Positions 20,101 to 29,288 of a stretch of 29,288 nucleotides of DNA are shown here, piece by piece. The notes beneath the pieces were generated by a model. The model was not told the origin of the DNA. It ran no database searches and saw only the letters and a list, made by a program, of their open reading frames with translations. Numbering within the stretch: position 1 is the first letter of the stretch; the number at the start of each line of letters is the position of its first letter. Source of the stretch: Caecitellus pseudoparvulus (lineage: Eukaryota > Protista > Bigyra: Bicosoecida); assembly GCA_965644315.1 (NCBI GenBank), contig CBFFRQ010000173.1, positions 1 to 29,288 of the forward strand. Direction: 5' to 3'. Position numbers and translations under genes: made by a program.

Positions 20101-23100
20101 CATCGTTGTACTCCACATCCGCTTCCCAGCGCAGGAAGAAGGGAATGAGTCGGCGAAGCTTGTCCACGAGTGAGAGAGGGGCGCCTTCGCCTTCTGCCTG
20201 ATCAGCGTAGGGATCGACCTCCCCGGTGTGCATGACAAGATCACGGAACGAAACTGCAGTGCTGGCAACGTGCTTCAGCGCGCGACTGCCATGTGTTGCT
20301 TCCAGCAAGCACCCTCCTCGATTGATGCCAGTCAAGGCTGTCATCGCTCTCAGCTGCCTTGTTGCATCCAACTCCATCATCGCGTTCTGAGACTTGACAA
20401 GGCGCTCTCTGAGCATGCGCAGGGGCAAAGCTCTCTCCATTTCGCTCTGGGTGAACGAAAAGCTCAATACATCGCTCACCATGAGCTGCTTACAGCCGTC
20501 TTCGTTGCCGGTGGAAAGCCTGGGAATGCCCTGCTCGAGCTCAGCCTGGTGGCCACACACAGCTTCGTACATGCCAAATGTTGCTTGCAGCAAGTTCCAA
20601 CTCTTCACAAACTCGTCAAGCTTCTTCCTGCCTACATCGACCGTCACTTGATCAAGCATCTTTCTAGACAGCGCATCCACCACTGGCAACTCCCAAGCTT
20701 CAGCCTCACTGACCTTGCCTGCGAGCTCCTCATTGCACCACTGGTAGAACGACAGCATGACGGGGATGTGGGTGGCGAAGTGCAAGGAGTTACCGTGCTG
20801 GCCATCTACAAGCTCGTGGAGCACCGCGCCTGCCAGGAGAGGCCCAGGCAGCTCCATTCCCTCTTCCGCTTTCACCTTCGCATCGCCGGCAGCAGCTTCT
20901 AGTCCGAGAACAAGCTGTGTGGTCGGGCTTGTCAGCCAGTGGGCGCAGCGGTGGCTCTTCAAGCCGGCGGCACAGCGACCGAGGGCGGGACGCAGAGCCA
21001 ACACTTTGGAGCTGCAAGCCTTAACAAGAGCGACCAATTTGTCGTGAAAGTCGTCAGCAGACAAGGGCGTCGAGACGAACTCCGCACACACAGCTTTTGC
21101 TTCCTCTGAGCTTTCAGCAAAACAAGCCAAGTGCCAGGCCTCCAAACCCAACTCCTTCAGAACGCTTTCATGTGCCAGAACTCTGGTCAGGCGGTCGTAC
21201 CCCCTCTCTGAGCCTGCGATGTGCGCCATGACCACTGCACCCCATGCAGGACTGGCCCCCTGGAGCCGTTTCATTGCTTCCTTCACAGGCCGTGCACGAA
21301 CACTTTCGTGATCTGGATTCGATCCAAGCATTGCAGCGAGCAGTTCGCAGAACACCAAGCTCTGTGCAGCAAACCTGGCCTTGTCCAGGGGTGACCGCGC
21401 ATCCGCGTGTCTGGAGGACAGTACTTCAGCGGCCGCTGGCTCCAGCGGGCATGTGTTTGTGGGTCCGATGCGAAGGACGTGCTCAGAAGTGTGCTTCGCA
21501 AGCATCCACACGAGCAAGTCGTAGGAAGTATGGGTCTCAAGATGCGCAACCTCCCACCCGTACAGCGCTGCAACCTGGCGTGACGGAGCAATACAGAGGG
21601 CAGTCGGCATGAACGTGGCACTGCCTGTCTCGAACGAGACTTGTGCAAGTTGCTCACTGAAACCAGGGTGGGTGTGCAACTGGCTTAGCAGCTGCACCCT
21701 TGCCAAACATGGCAGCGCACTCAGTGCATCGTTGTTGAGCAGCTCCAGTAAGCTCTCTGGCTCCTCTCCTCCAGGCAAGGTCAAGGGAGTGCTCGGCTCC
21801 ATGAACAGGGCTGCACGGATGACTGCCTGCTTTGCTGAAACCGAGCCAAAGGCGCCCTCACAGCCAGGGAGGATCCACCGGAAGCAAGCCAGGAAGGCTG
21901 AAGACATCATGCAGCGGAATTCCTCCAAGAAGCCATCAGGGACGTCTGCAGAGAGTGACGCAAACTGCCCCAGCACAAACAGCATGGTGTCCAGTGGAAG
22001 CTGGCCCCGCAGACCAGGATCATTCGCCGCAGACCTCGTGCGGGCAATGAGCAGGCCCAGGATGCCCTCCGGGGCCCGCATGAGAACTTCAGACATGCAC
22101 ACCACCTGGACACACTTGCCAAACAACTGCTCGTCATGGCAAACCCCTTCTGCTGTCCTGCACGGCCCTTGGCGGGCAGCAGCCACCCGCCCCAGCCACT
22201 CACACATCTGCGACTCAGACTCGGGGCCGATATGTAAGTCCTCGACTGCCGCTTGCACCGCGTCCAGGATTCGGCCAGCCCCACTTGCAGCACCAGAAAC
22301 AGGAACAGCGGGAGCAGCGCCCAGTGATCTGGAGCTGTACACAGAGGCGATGGCCTCGGAGACAAAACGAGTCAAGGCTCTGTGTCGAAGGAAGAACGTC
22401 AGTGGAACTGACCCAGGGAAGATGTGCTGGTTGGCTAATGCCCTGACTCTGTGGAGCAGCTCCCCAGCTATGTGGTCAAACTCGCGGGGCATCATTGGCA
22501 CCACGGCTTTGGCGAAGCCCTGCAGATGCCGCCCCTCACTCACGAAATCTGCATCGTCAACTTCCACAACGTTGCAGTACAGCTTCAAGAAATCGCGGGA
22601 CAGGAGAAGCATGAGCTCGTCCCGCTCTTGCAGGAGCTCAAAACAAGGTTTCATGTGCTCGAACCCAAGCTGCACATCACCGTCAGCTGCGAGCAAAGAT
22701 CTTGCCAGTGCGAACTGTCCCTCTAACCCCTCAACACGCTGCTTGCAGGCGTCAGACACAAGCTTCAAACTGCGGAGGACAGTGAAGCCGAAAGGAAGCT
22801 CAGCAGCGGCTGGAACAACTGGAGAGGGCACTTTCTCACGGCCTTGCTTGCGGGACACGCTTGTCAAGGACACGTGCCTGCCGACTTCGATGTTCAGGAC
22901 GCTCTTCACCGCCTCAGCTGCGAACTCGAGCAGCAAGGGCGATGATCCTTCAGCACGCAGCTTGCACAAAGCCTCGAAGCCGAAGTCTCTCGCCGACCGA
23001 GCCAGGAACGCCTGCACCATGCCAAAGCTCAAGTCCTGCAACCGTTTTCGAAGGTGTACGACCATGCTCTCCGTCATTGCCGAGCTCCACACACCCTCAG

Positions 23101-26100
23101 CGGCGTCGCTTGTGAGCGTCCCCACAAGCCCCCTCCACACCAGCGCAAACATGTCCATGAGGGCATCCAGTAGCACTCCATGAGCCACGGATTCTTGCAT
23201 GACTTCTCGGGCTTTCTTTCGCAGAGGAGGAATGGCTTGATAAATCGCAACAGACAGCACCACTCCTCGCTTGGCCAGAGCCTCTGCTCTCATCCCCATC
23301 ACAGATGCATCCAGGTTGGAGCACGCTTTTTCCACCCCACTCTCCACAGAGGGGCGCAGCTTAGACTTGAACCACGAAATGTCCTTAGACAGCTCTCGCT
23401 GGGCTGCTGCGAGCAACCACTGCTTGGCTTCTTCATCCGCGCTTGCCTGGGCTGCCGCGTCACTCTCGCTTACCTCATCCACAGCATCCGCCACAATGTG
23501 CTGCCAATCCAATCCAGTTGGGACGTACGGGAACCGCTCCACCAAGTTTCGGTCATCCGAGCCAGTGTGCAGCACGAGCACAGCACGGGGCTGCAAGGCC
23601 CTGAGGCGTTCGTGAAGCGAGCCCCACTTCCTCGACAGCATGCGTTTCATGAGCGCCACTCGCGGGTGGCTTCCCTTGTGCACGTGTTCGTTGATGGTGA
23701 AGATCAGCGTCGGAAGCACTGCATCTGGCGAGCGGTCCGCAGTGGCAACTCGCGAGCACACCTCCAGGAACTCGTCCACCAGGTGCTCAACCGTCGCGAC
23801 CGAGGGGCAGTCGGAAAGAGCAGCAACAAACGCACATGGCTGCCCGGATTCTAGATCCGAAACCTTCTTCCACTTCACTTCGCGGTGTCCCTTGGTCACG
23901 TGTACAACTGGGCAGCCAAGCATGATGCCGGCTCTCTCCTCATCTTGCTGCAGCTGCAACACACCAGTGGACGACCTGCAGGTCAGCAGACTCAAAGGCC
24001 GAGCGTTGCTTCCCCGCCCAGAAGTGGCGATTGCGTTTCGCAGGAACTGCGCCCCGCTGAAGTGCTCCTGCTCCTTCATGTACACATCGATGTACGCGCT
24101 TGGAAGTCGCTTCAAGACACCACTTTGCATCACAAAGTCGGGTCGCAGGATGCTCAGCAGCTCCATGTTGCACCGCTCAACGAGCTCAAGCGCCAAAGCA
24201 TCATCCGTCATGGCTGGCGATGTGCCACCCGACTCGGCCGCCTTGCTCAAAACTTGCAGGATCAACGCGGGGATCGTCTCACTGGAGTCAAAGCCAGTAA
24301 ATGCAGCTTCTGGTTGGCTGCTACAAACAAACGTTACATAGTCGCGGACACCGTGCAAGACGTTCTGGAGCAGGCGGCTTTGCGCTGCGACTTCGCCCTG
24401 AAGGAACTCAAAGCTCTCCAGGTACCTGTGCGCAGAAGCCTTGAGTATCTGAGCAGCATTCAGGGAGAACTTAGAGAAACGATTCAAGAGTGGGGAAGGT
24501 AGCTCTGGCAGCTTCCAGAAGGGCACATGCACGACGAGTCTGAAGTCCTGGTGCACTGCAACCGCCAGCGACAAGGCTCCGATCGTGATGTTGGCGTAGT
24601 ACGCATGCCCGCTGCCAGTGGTGATGGTGTGGTAGCGGCGATTCAGCAAGTCGTACATGGCTGTGAAGATGACTTGATTGCAGTTCACCAGCAGCAGTGT
24701 CTTGCCGCCTTCAGCTGCAGCCTTGACTTGACGCAACACTTCAGCGGTGCGCAGCTGCTCTGCATCCACCCCAAGGTCAGCCACGTTCACCTCAATGGTG
24801 AGGTCTTGCTGTAAAATTCCGCGCTGGAAGAGCCAGTGCACGCCTGCTTCAGTGTCAGATCGGTCGATGATCATGGTGTGGCGGTGCGGCGACTCGGACG
24901 GGTCGTCAGCAAAGACTGCTCCGATGTTGCTCTCCATGGCGCGCAAAATGTCCGGTTTCAACTCTGTGGCGCTGATCTGGCGTTTCATGTCCACCACCTC
25001 TTCGCGCGACATGACCACTTCGAAGCCGCACCCAGGTGTAGCTGCAACCCCCCCAACATCTGACGAAGATGTCACTCTGCCGTCCATGAAGGTCCGCGCG
25101 ATGGCCTCAAACTCATCCATAGCGTCGGGGCTGCTCTCAACAACTTGCATGCAGCGCTGCAACGCGAGGAGCAGAATCTTGGGCGTAAGCGTGTCCAGCG
25201 GCTTCTGACCCAGCTCGTACCTCAGGAAGCGGCAGAAGTACACGAAGTCGCGAAGGTGCAGCCAATTGAAGCACCGGTCCACACCTTGCACGAGTTGGAA
25301 CGCATCCGCTATCCCGCAGACAAGGTCGTAGCTTCGCTGGAGACGCTCTTCCAATGGCTCATCGGCCTTGACGATGACTCGGCTCACAGATGGGCGATTC
25401 CTCGGCAGCAACAGCAACGCAGAGCACAGTAGTCGCATGTCGTGGGAAGAAGCCGCAGTTTGTTGCACGTGCATGCACCGGTTGGTCTTGGCAGCGTCGA
25501 GAATGCTGTTTGACATCAAGATGGTCGGAACCCCGTTGGGGTCGTCCCACGTGTCATGAGCAGCCTTCAGCGCATGCTGCTTCTCATTGGGAAGCCCAGC
25601 CTCGTCCATGACAACGACAAGTCGAATGTGCGCACTTCCGGAACGAGTATGTCCTGCATGCTGCTCGTATGCCGTGGAGTACAGAGCCTCGATCTCCTCC
25701 GCTGACGTTGCCTGCGAGCACTGGTAGTTCAAAACCTTCATCCGTTTCAACTGGCGGAAGAGAGGCGAGCCAGACTCCCGGCCTTGGGAGTTCTTGGCAC
25801 ACATGCCCACAGCAAGGGTCTTTCCACAACCTGGCGGGCCGGTGATCAACAAAGACATGGCTGGCTCGACATTCACGCACAACACTGCGCTGAAGAAGTT
25901 CTCAAGCAATGGGACGGTCTCCGCCAAGCCGAGGGGCCGGAAAGAGATCTTGCTGAACAAGTGCCTCGTTGCAGCACTCACGGTGGAAGTAACGTCTTCA
26001 CAGACAATTCCGACTCCCTGGCAGTGCTCATGCAGGGCTTCACTGAAGTCTGAGCGAAGGTCTGGGAGATCAGAGCCGTCGTAGCCCTTGTGGCCTTCAC

Positions 26101-29100
26101 CTGGCAGGCGCATCCAGTACACACAGCCGATGGCGACAAGTGCGACCTGCACCACGTGGGCAAACAGCGACTCAGTGCTTGTGACGTGAATGCCGGGTGG
26201 GACAAAGGGGTTTACGACACGGGTCTTGTCCAGCAACGAAGATCCTCGCAAAGTTGGGTGCACTTTCAGCTGCAAAAGCCACTTGAACAGGTTGGTCGCC
26301 CGGACAAGGTCTCGGAAGGAAAGGTGCATGCGGTTCAAGTCATACGAGCGCACTTTCTCCTGTGCGAAGGAAAGCATGCTTCCAAACGCATCCAGCCCTT
26401 GCTGGAAAGCGGACATGACGCCAGCTTCCTCCTGCATGAGAGCTGCTCCAGCCCCGACTCGAAGCTGGGCGACAACGTTGGGGAGCCTGCCTGAAGATGC
26501 CTGCTGCATGATGCGTTCTTTGATGCCGGCGATGAAAGCCTCTTCAACACCAGTGGTCAGCTTTGGAGAATTCACAAGGAGTCGCTCAAGAGGACCGGGC
26601 AAGTGCTTCACCACAAAACTTGTTGTGGCAAGGCGTTCATGCTCTGACGCACCTGCGCCAACATGAGCTGCCCCTGACGGCAGGCTTGACCGAACGTGGG
26701 CTTGATCCACTGAGCTCCTCGACTCCCCAGCCCGGAACCCGTGAGGATTGATGGCGCCAGCCAAGAAGAGGGCATCTGGCAGAGGCTCCCCGTCCATGGT
26801 GTGGTTTGAGAATGCCTCAGCGATCATGTGCAGCGCGCCGGCGGTGTTCAGCTCGTCGATGAACAGCACGTAGACGAAGTCATCGCCATCACTGGCCAGC
26901 TCGGTGAGAGCTTGCACGTTGGCCTTGGCGTTGTTGATAATTGATCTCCAAACGTCAGGCGTCACACCGTCATGCATCAGGTGGCGCTCGAATTGTGGTG
27001 GTGGTTGAGCTGTCAGAGCTGCCTGGATCAGCCGCACAACATCTGAAACGTTCTCTGATACAGGCCGCAGCCTCTGCGGCGATCCTCGTTGTGGTCTGGC
27101 AGACTGGGCTTTCACGAGAGTGTTGGTGTGTGAGTGCAGCTTCCCCATTATACCCTTAAGCAAATTCAACCCCGGCAACAATCCTGCCCGTTTGATTTCT
27201 CGGATACTCTCCACGGCAGCAGTTGCTGGGACTTTACTCTTCATGTAATGCTCCACAGCATCTGTAGCAAGTGTAGCCACTTCCGACGGGATGAGCTTGG
27301 ACAGGGCAGGGGAGTGCTCCAGCACGACAGCAAGCACAAAGAGAAGCATGTACACGAATGAGCTTTGTTTGTGACCCTCAGAGCTCTCAACGACAGCTTG
27401 AATGGCTATAGCTAGATCTTGGGCAGAAGATGAAGTTTGCAAGTTGAAGGTGAAAGCGGCCATGTTGATCACGGGATGCCTATGCTTTGGCGTTGCTTGA
27501 GCGGCCGCGGCACCAGAACTACCGCTACCTGCAACAAACGCCCGAGCCTCCTCGGCACTCCGGAGTTGACCGATGGCTGCCAACCGCTGGGTCACGTGCT
27601 CAACTGCAGCGTCCAGTTCATCTTCTGGAGCTGCCTTCACAGCTGCAGACGTCTCGAACATCAGAAACCAACGCAATACAAACGCAAAGATGGAAAGAAT
27701 TGGGGCCATACTGTACTTGTGCATGAATGTCTCGTTGCGAACTGTGCTGTACGCCTGCATAATGAACGTCTTGCCCACTCCGGTGTCACCTGACATCAGC
27801 ACAGGCTGCCGCGAAAGACAGCGCTGGTGCACGTTAAGCATGTTCATGAGCACGAATGGCGTGAGTATGAAGCCTCGAGATTCCAGGGCAGGCTGCAGGA
27901 GACTCGTGTTCAGCATACCCAAAGTGGGCGCAATGGCTTTTCGCATGTGGGCCAGCTTGACTTGATCCATGGCGCGATCTTCACACACTGACAGCACGAA
28001 TGGATGCGACGAGTCAATGCCGAACACTGTCGCAGGGGGTTCTTGTCGGTCTCGGCTTGACACCATGATGCTCCAATCAAGCGCCTTCATCCAGTCTTTG
28101 GAACTTTCGTGACATCCTGCATCCATCACGGAGATGAACACGCTGCCGTACCTCACCTTCTCGCTGGAATCTGTGGCGACTCGGCAGCTCTCGGACAGGA
28201 TGACGTTCAGCACTGGTCGCCAGAAGTCGTCGATGCACAAGCCAAGCACCTTCTCAACAATCTTTGGCGATACTTTTAGCTGTTTCAGCACGTCCAAGTG
28301 GCGTTTCTGAAGGGAGAAAACTTCTGGAGTCGGGTTCAGGTAAACGATGCTTGAAACTGCCTTTCGTCGGCTGACATGCTGATCTGCAGGGGGTGGAATT
28401 CGAGCCGCGTTGTGCTCGCCCGCCTCCAGGAGTTTTCGCCACAGTCGAGACAGAACCTTGACAAAGGCTGCAAGGTGGCCAACGGTGGGTGAGCCGGTGC
28501 GCCAGCCGCCGCCTGCTGATGGCTGAGACTGCAGCGCTCGTAGCACGTCCAGGCTTGTCAGCCCTTGGTGCAGGATGTGCCGACATGCATCGTCCGTTAA
28601 TTCTGGAAGCTTGGAACGGACCAGTCGGCCCATCTCGCGGATGTCTTTCACGGACTCTTGAAACGCTTGGTGGACAGGGTCTGTCGCCCCGCCAAGAGCA
28701 GACGCGAGCCCGATCGCCAAGCATGCATCTCTCCATGTCTCATCGATGACTATGTGCTGCAGCCCTGAGTGAGTAGCAGTCCACGTGGCTGGCAGTAGGG
28801 ACAGAATAGGGAGCTTTGGCAAGAAGGGGTGGTCTCGGGGCTCGGTAGTGCCGGTCTCGGGTGGCCAAGCTGGCTGTTTTCCGTGCTTCACGATGGCAGG
28901 CAGCTCCACCACCACATGGAGCTTGAAGCCAGGGCGGAATCCAGAGACCGTGCCATGCGCTGAATCCCCTAGACAGTTGCACAAGGCGAGGTGTGCGAGA
29001 ATGCTGTCAAGCATAGCCAAGTCAGCCCCTTCTGTGAGCGACAAGTGCAGCCCCCAAACTTTCAGGGAGCTGTCTCCGCACAGCGCAGTCGTGTACGCTT

Positions 29101-29288
29101 CGATCAGCGTATCTGCAGTGAAGCCCTCATGAACGTGAAAGCTGCTCACGTTTGAGCCTGCTACTTTGCTCAGCTTCTGTAGAGCTTCAGTGGTTTTGCC
29201 ACACCCCGGGCCGCCTGTGACGACCTCAAGTCCGGCCAGGTGTTGCATGTTCTGGCCAATGTCTGCAGTCAAGGACTGGATCTCAGCC
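17150..29288 (-). CDS. Giant RNF213/mysterin-like dynein-related AAA+ ATPase, putative E3 ligase (>4040 aa; 5' part lies outside the window)
   Basis: RNF213-type motifs in order: GGPGCGKT, PVLMSGDTGVGKT (~27790), VLFIDELNT (~26860), AGAINP, SFRD, LLENFF..LLITGPPGCGKT (~25840), YQCS..TS, VVVMDEAGL, MSNSILDAAKTNR, LRDF, MYDLLN..Y, VHQDFRLVV, PSPLLNRFSK. The frame has no stop up to the window edge. Confidence 0.88.
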   Translation of the reverse strand, partial: AEIQSLTADIGQNMQHLAGLEVVTGGPGCGKTTEALQKLSKVAGSNVSSFHVHEGFTADTLIEAYTTALCGDSSLKVWGLHLSLTEGADLAMLDSILAHLALCNCLGDSAHGTVSGFRPGFKLHVVVELPAIVKHGKQPAWPPETGTTEPRDHPFLPKLPILSLLPATWTATHSGLQHIVIDETWRDACLAIGLASALGGATDPVHQAFQESVKDIREMGRLVRSKLPELTDDACRHILHQGLTSLDVLRALQSQPSAGGGWRTGSPTVGHLAAFVKVLSRLWRKLLEAGEHNAARIPPPADQHVSRRKAVSSIVYLNPTPEVFSLQKRHLDVLKQLKVSPKIVEKVLGLCIDDFWRPVLNVILSESCRVATDSSEKVRYGSVFISVMDAGCHESSKDWMKALDWSIMVSSRDRQEPPATVFGIDSSHPFVLSVCEDRAMDQVKLAHMRKAIAPTLGMLNTSLLQPALESRGFILTPFVLMNMLNVHQRCLSRQPVLMSGDTGVGKTFIMQAYSTVRNETFMHKYSMAPILSIFAFVLRWFLMFETSAAVKAAPEDELDAAVEHVTQRLAAIGQLRSAEEARAFVAGSGSSGAAAAQATPKHRHPVINMAAFTFNLQTSSSAQDLAIAIQAVVESSEGHKQSSFVYMLLFVLAVVLEHSPALSKLIPSEVATLATDAVEHYMKSKVPATAAVESIREIKRAGLLPGLNLLKGIMGKLHSHTNTLVKAQSARPQRGSPQRLRPVSENVSDVVRLIQAALTAQPPPQFERHLMHDGVTPDVWRSIINNAKANVQALTELASDGDDFVYVLFIDELNTAGALHMIAEAFSNHTMDGEPLPDALFLAGAINPHGFRAGESRSSVDQAHVRSSLPSGAAHVGAGASEHERLATTSFVVKHLPGPLERLLVNSPKLTTGVEEAFIAGIKERIMQQASSGRLPNVVAQLRVGAGAALMQEEAGVMSAFQQGLDAFGSMLSFAQEKVRSYDLNRMHLSFRDLVRATNLFKWLLQLKVHPTLRGSSLLDKTRVVNPFVPPGIHVTSTESLFAHVVQVALVAIGCVYWMRLPGEGHKGYDGSDLPDLRSDFSEALHEHCQGVGIVCEDVTSTVSAATRHLFSKISFRPLGLAETVPLLENFFSAVLCVNVEPAMSLLITGPPGCGKTLAVGMCAKNSQGRESGSPLFRQLKRMKVLNYQCSQATSAEEIEALYSTAYEQHAGHTRSGSAHIRLVVVMDEAGLPNEKQHALKAAHDTWDDPNGVPTILMSNSILDAAKTNRCMHVQQTAASSHDMRLLCSALLLLPRNRPSVSRVIVKADEPLEERLQRSYDLVCGIADAFQLVQGVDRCFNWLHLRDFVYFCRFLRYELGQKPLDTLTPKILLLALQRCMQVVESSPDAMDEFEAIARTFMDGRVTSSSDVGGVAATPGCGFEVVMSREEVVDMKRQISATELKPDILRAMESNIGAVFADDPSESPHRHTMIIDRSDTEAGVHWLFQRGILQQDLTIEVNVADLGVDAEQLRTAEVLRQVKAAAEGGKTLLLVNCNQVIFTAMYDLLNRRYHTITTGSGHAYYANITIGALSLAVAVHQDFRLVVHVPFWKLPELPSPLLNRFSKFSLNAAQILKASAHRYLESFEFLQGEVAAQSRLLQNVLHGVRDYVTFVCSSQPEAAFTGFDSSETIPALILQVLSKAAESGGTSPAMTDDALALELVERCNMELLSILRPDFVMQSGVLKRLPSAYIDVYMKEQEHFSGAQFLRNAIATSGRGSNARPLSLLTCRSSTGVLQLQQDEERAGIMLGCPVVHVTKGHREVKWKKVSDLESGQPCAFVAALSDCPSVATVEHLVDEFLEVCSRVATADRSPDAVLPTLIFTINEHVHKGSHPRVALMKRMLSRKWGSLHERLRALQPRAVLVLHTGSDDRNLVERFPYVPTGLDWQHIVADAVDEVSESDAAAQASADEEAKQWLLAAAQRELSKDISWFKSKLRPSVESGVEKACSNLDASVMGMRAEALAKRGVVLSVAIYQAIPPLRKKAREVMQESVAHGVLLDALMDMFALVWRGLVGTLTSDAAEGVWSSAMTESMVVHLRKRLQDLSFGMVQAFLARSARDFGFEALCKLRAEGSSPLLLEFAAEAVKSVLNIEVGRHVSLTSVSRKQGREKVPSPVVPAAAELPFGFTVLRSLKLVSDACKQRVEGLEGQFALARSLLAADGDVQLGFEHMKPCFELLQERDELMLLLSRDFLKLYCNVVEVDDADFVSEGRHLQGFAKAVVPMMPREFDHIAGELLHRVRALANQHIFPGSVPLTFFLRHRALTRFVSEAIASVYSSRSLGAAPAVPVSGAASGAGRILDAVQAAVEDLHIGPESESQMCEWLGRVAAARQGPCRTAEGVCHDEQLFGKCVQVVCMSEVLMRAPEGILGLLIARTRSAANDPGLRGQLPLDTMLFVLGQFASLSADVPDGFLEEFRCMMSSAFLACFRWILPGCEGAFGSVSAKQAVIRAALFMEPSTPLTLPGGEEPESLLELLNNDALSALPCLARVQLLSQLHTHPGFSEQLAQVSFETGSATFMPTALCIAPSRQVAALYGWEVAHLETHTSYDLLVWMLAKHTSEHVLRIGPTNTCPLEPAAAEVLSSRHADARSPLDKARFAAQSLVFCELLAAMLGSNPDHESVRARPVKEAMKRLQGASPAWGAVVMAHIAGSERGYDRLTRVLAHESVLKELGLEAWHLACFAESSEEAKAVCAEFVSTPLSADDFHDKLVALVKACSSKVLALRPALGRCAAGLKSHRCAHWLTSPTTQLVLGLEAAAGDAKVKAEEGMELPGPLLAGAVLHELVDGQHGNSLHFATHIPVMLSFYQWCNEELAGKVSEAEAWELPVVDALSRKMLDQVTVDVGRKKLDEFVKSWNLLQATFGMYEAVCGHQAELEQGIPRLSTGNEDGCKQLMVSDVLSFSFTQSEMERALPLRMLRERLVKSQNAMMELDATRQLRAMTALTGINRGGCLLEATHGSRALKHVASTAVSFRDLVMHTGEVDPYADQAEGEGAPLSLVDKLRRLIPFFLRWEADVEYNDVEPGHDSKALEEADILDQQEREAAFDEGRSTQQLMHEQKYSICPNPDCQRLMEWTMYCDDGVCGQHSHESAAETAARLEAERQSGKKRGCGATFSYEAQRVPKPRADEPPLDVFLPEKYKLRLSSDEARAKWLAARTTASADSQPFAAGHVSVDIENLARFLLPLVMRGKMLLEVSDLGEDFMFKQKSGQAAPSEVKPGLDVPAGTESKEGSRSDQHEDHAEKEPEVPEVPEVSEEQSLLEEALLLCDEAGVEWKDSKIMASSLTDKQWRELLRSATDSVRKLLEEGILATSLDKALFSGKVSGTSRRLRRLAVGSYRSFVRQFQKHLEKEAAENALPASIMEEVDNRLRTIEELVAEGDTKSAQSDLDMLQHLKNALAEASVSWLSQSSSESLLADNQFVHAALYGEKKPKISMAHVLLGIKKNDGSAADGVLVGAFVLVTNTIQQLSQRLRTILQSAEDLKQGDGSGMGSRGKYAPKLRFASDASTPDFLDSAPIGHALAADEALKLDAHKQMREQEREAARLEPTGGQAMPQAQSRGGQAMPQPMCTGGRGSSHFGGGHPQAGAAAKKEQPMRRIGQSPGEMPLECEQDVVNALAHLKASALACGTLDDESMHLASRVREALDGDLRDVLSDFKVIQFTNGVDDLVEQHAPSSAGQESRSINLSLTLLDVSDPSSDSCFARSTSTPKTIWLKDSMLESIPEFQAAVLKGLKKRSLPSEHCFMLKWASIPTPVALNEANFAAFQTALRSPSEKGFSVGVVSTDACMQTVPLLLLGLPGDGPTGRELEAQTEIELDIRVRVDVGAIFDLVHVPASSRDKFVVELCTSAGTKAPGSDLSGVVLQSIHVRPRQASYVALYVVSVEEQDAGNMQLAGDAHLGSREVLAGPVAVQLDPIQTFAEQVAACYAAVGLPAPEDDSILVLHDADWMDEEWDPETVELGKHVAVEVEEVPHAMPLPDPLCVWGGETVALARPTIALPRHQG

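Noticed and set aside
17059-29132. Many plus-strand ORFs (e.g. 21609..23183, 524 aa) overlapping the giant gene
   Set aside because: Antisense shadow ORFs expected in GC-rich coding DNA; Ser/Ala-rich with no motifs.

Overview
Left end of a eukaryotic chromosome (GC-rich, TTAGGG-type telomere; a protist-like genome is an inference). A 340-bp (TAACCC)n telomere is followed directly by a head-to-tail pair of related non-LTR retroelements, both with their 5' ends facing the chromosome end and both ending in a short CTAACCCTAA instead of a poly(A) tail. Element 1 (~341-8182) is full-length but heavily frameshifted: ORF1, then AP-endonuclease, reverse transcriptase (YADD) and a CCHC finger. Element 2 (~8183-11114) carries only ORF1, with no endonuclease or RT. 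ORF1 of both elements keeps an N-x5-C...H...N-P pattern resembling a papain/Josephin-like cysteine protease. The array joins directly onto the 3' end of an ankyrin-repeat gene, whose stop codon lies inside the telomeric junction decamer. Further in are a frameshifted ORF pair and a >4000-aa uninterrupted RNF213/mysterin-like AAA+ ORF with an RBR RING2(Rcat)-like zinc module; this ORF runs off the right edge. The main candidate for an undescribed system is a telomere-attached, protease-bearing LINE family with an autonomous-type and an RT-less partner, analogous to HeT-A/TAHRE or MoTeR1/2. All domain calls are from motif reading by eye; no searches were run.
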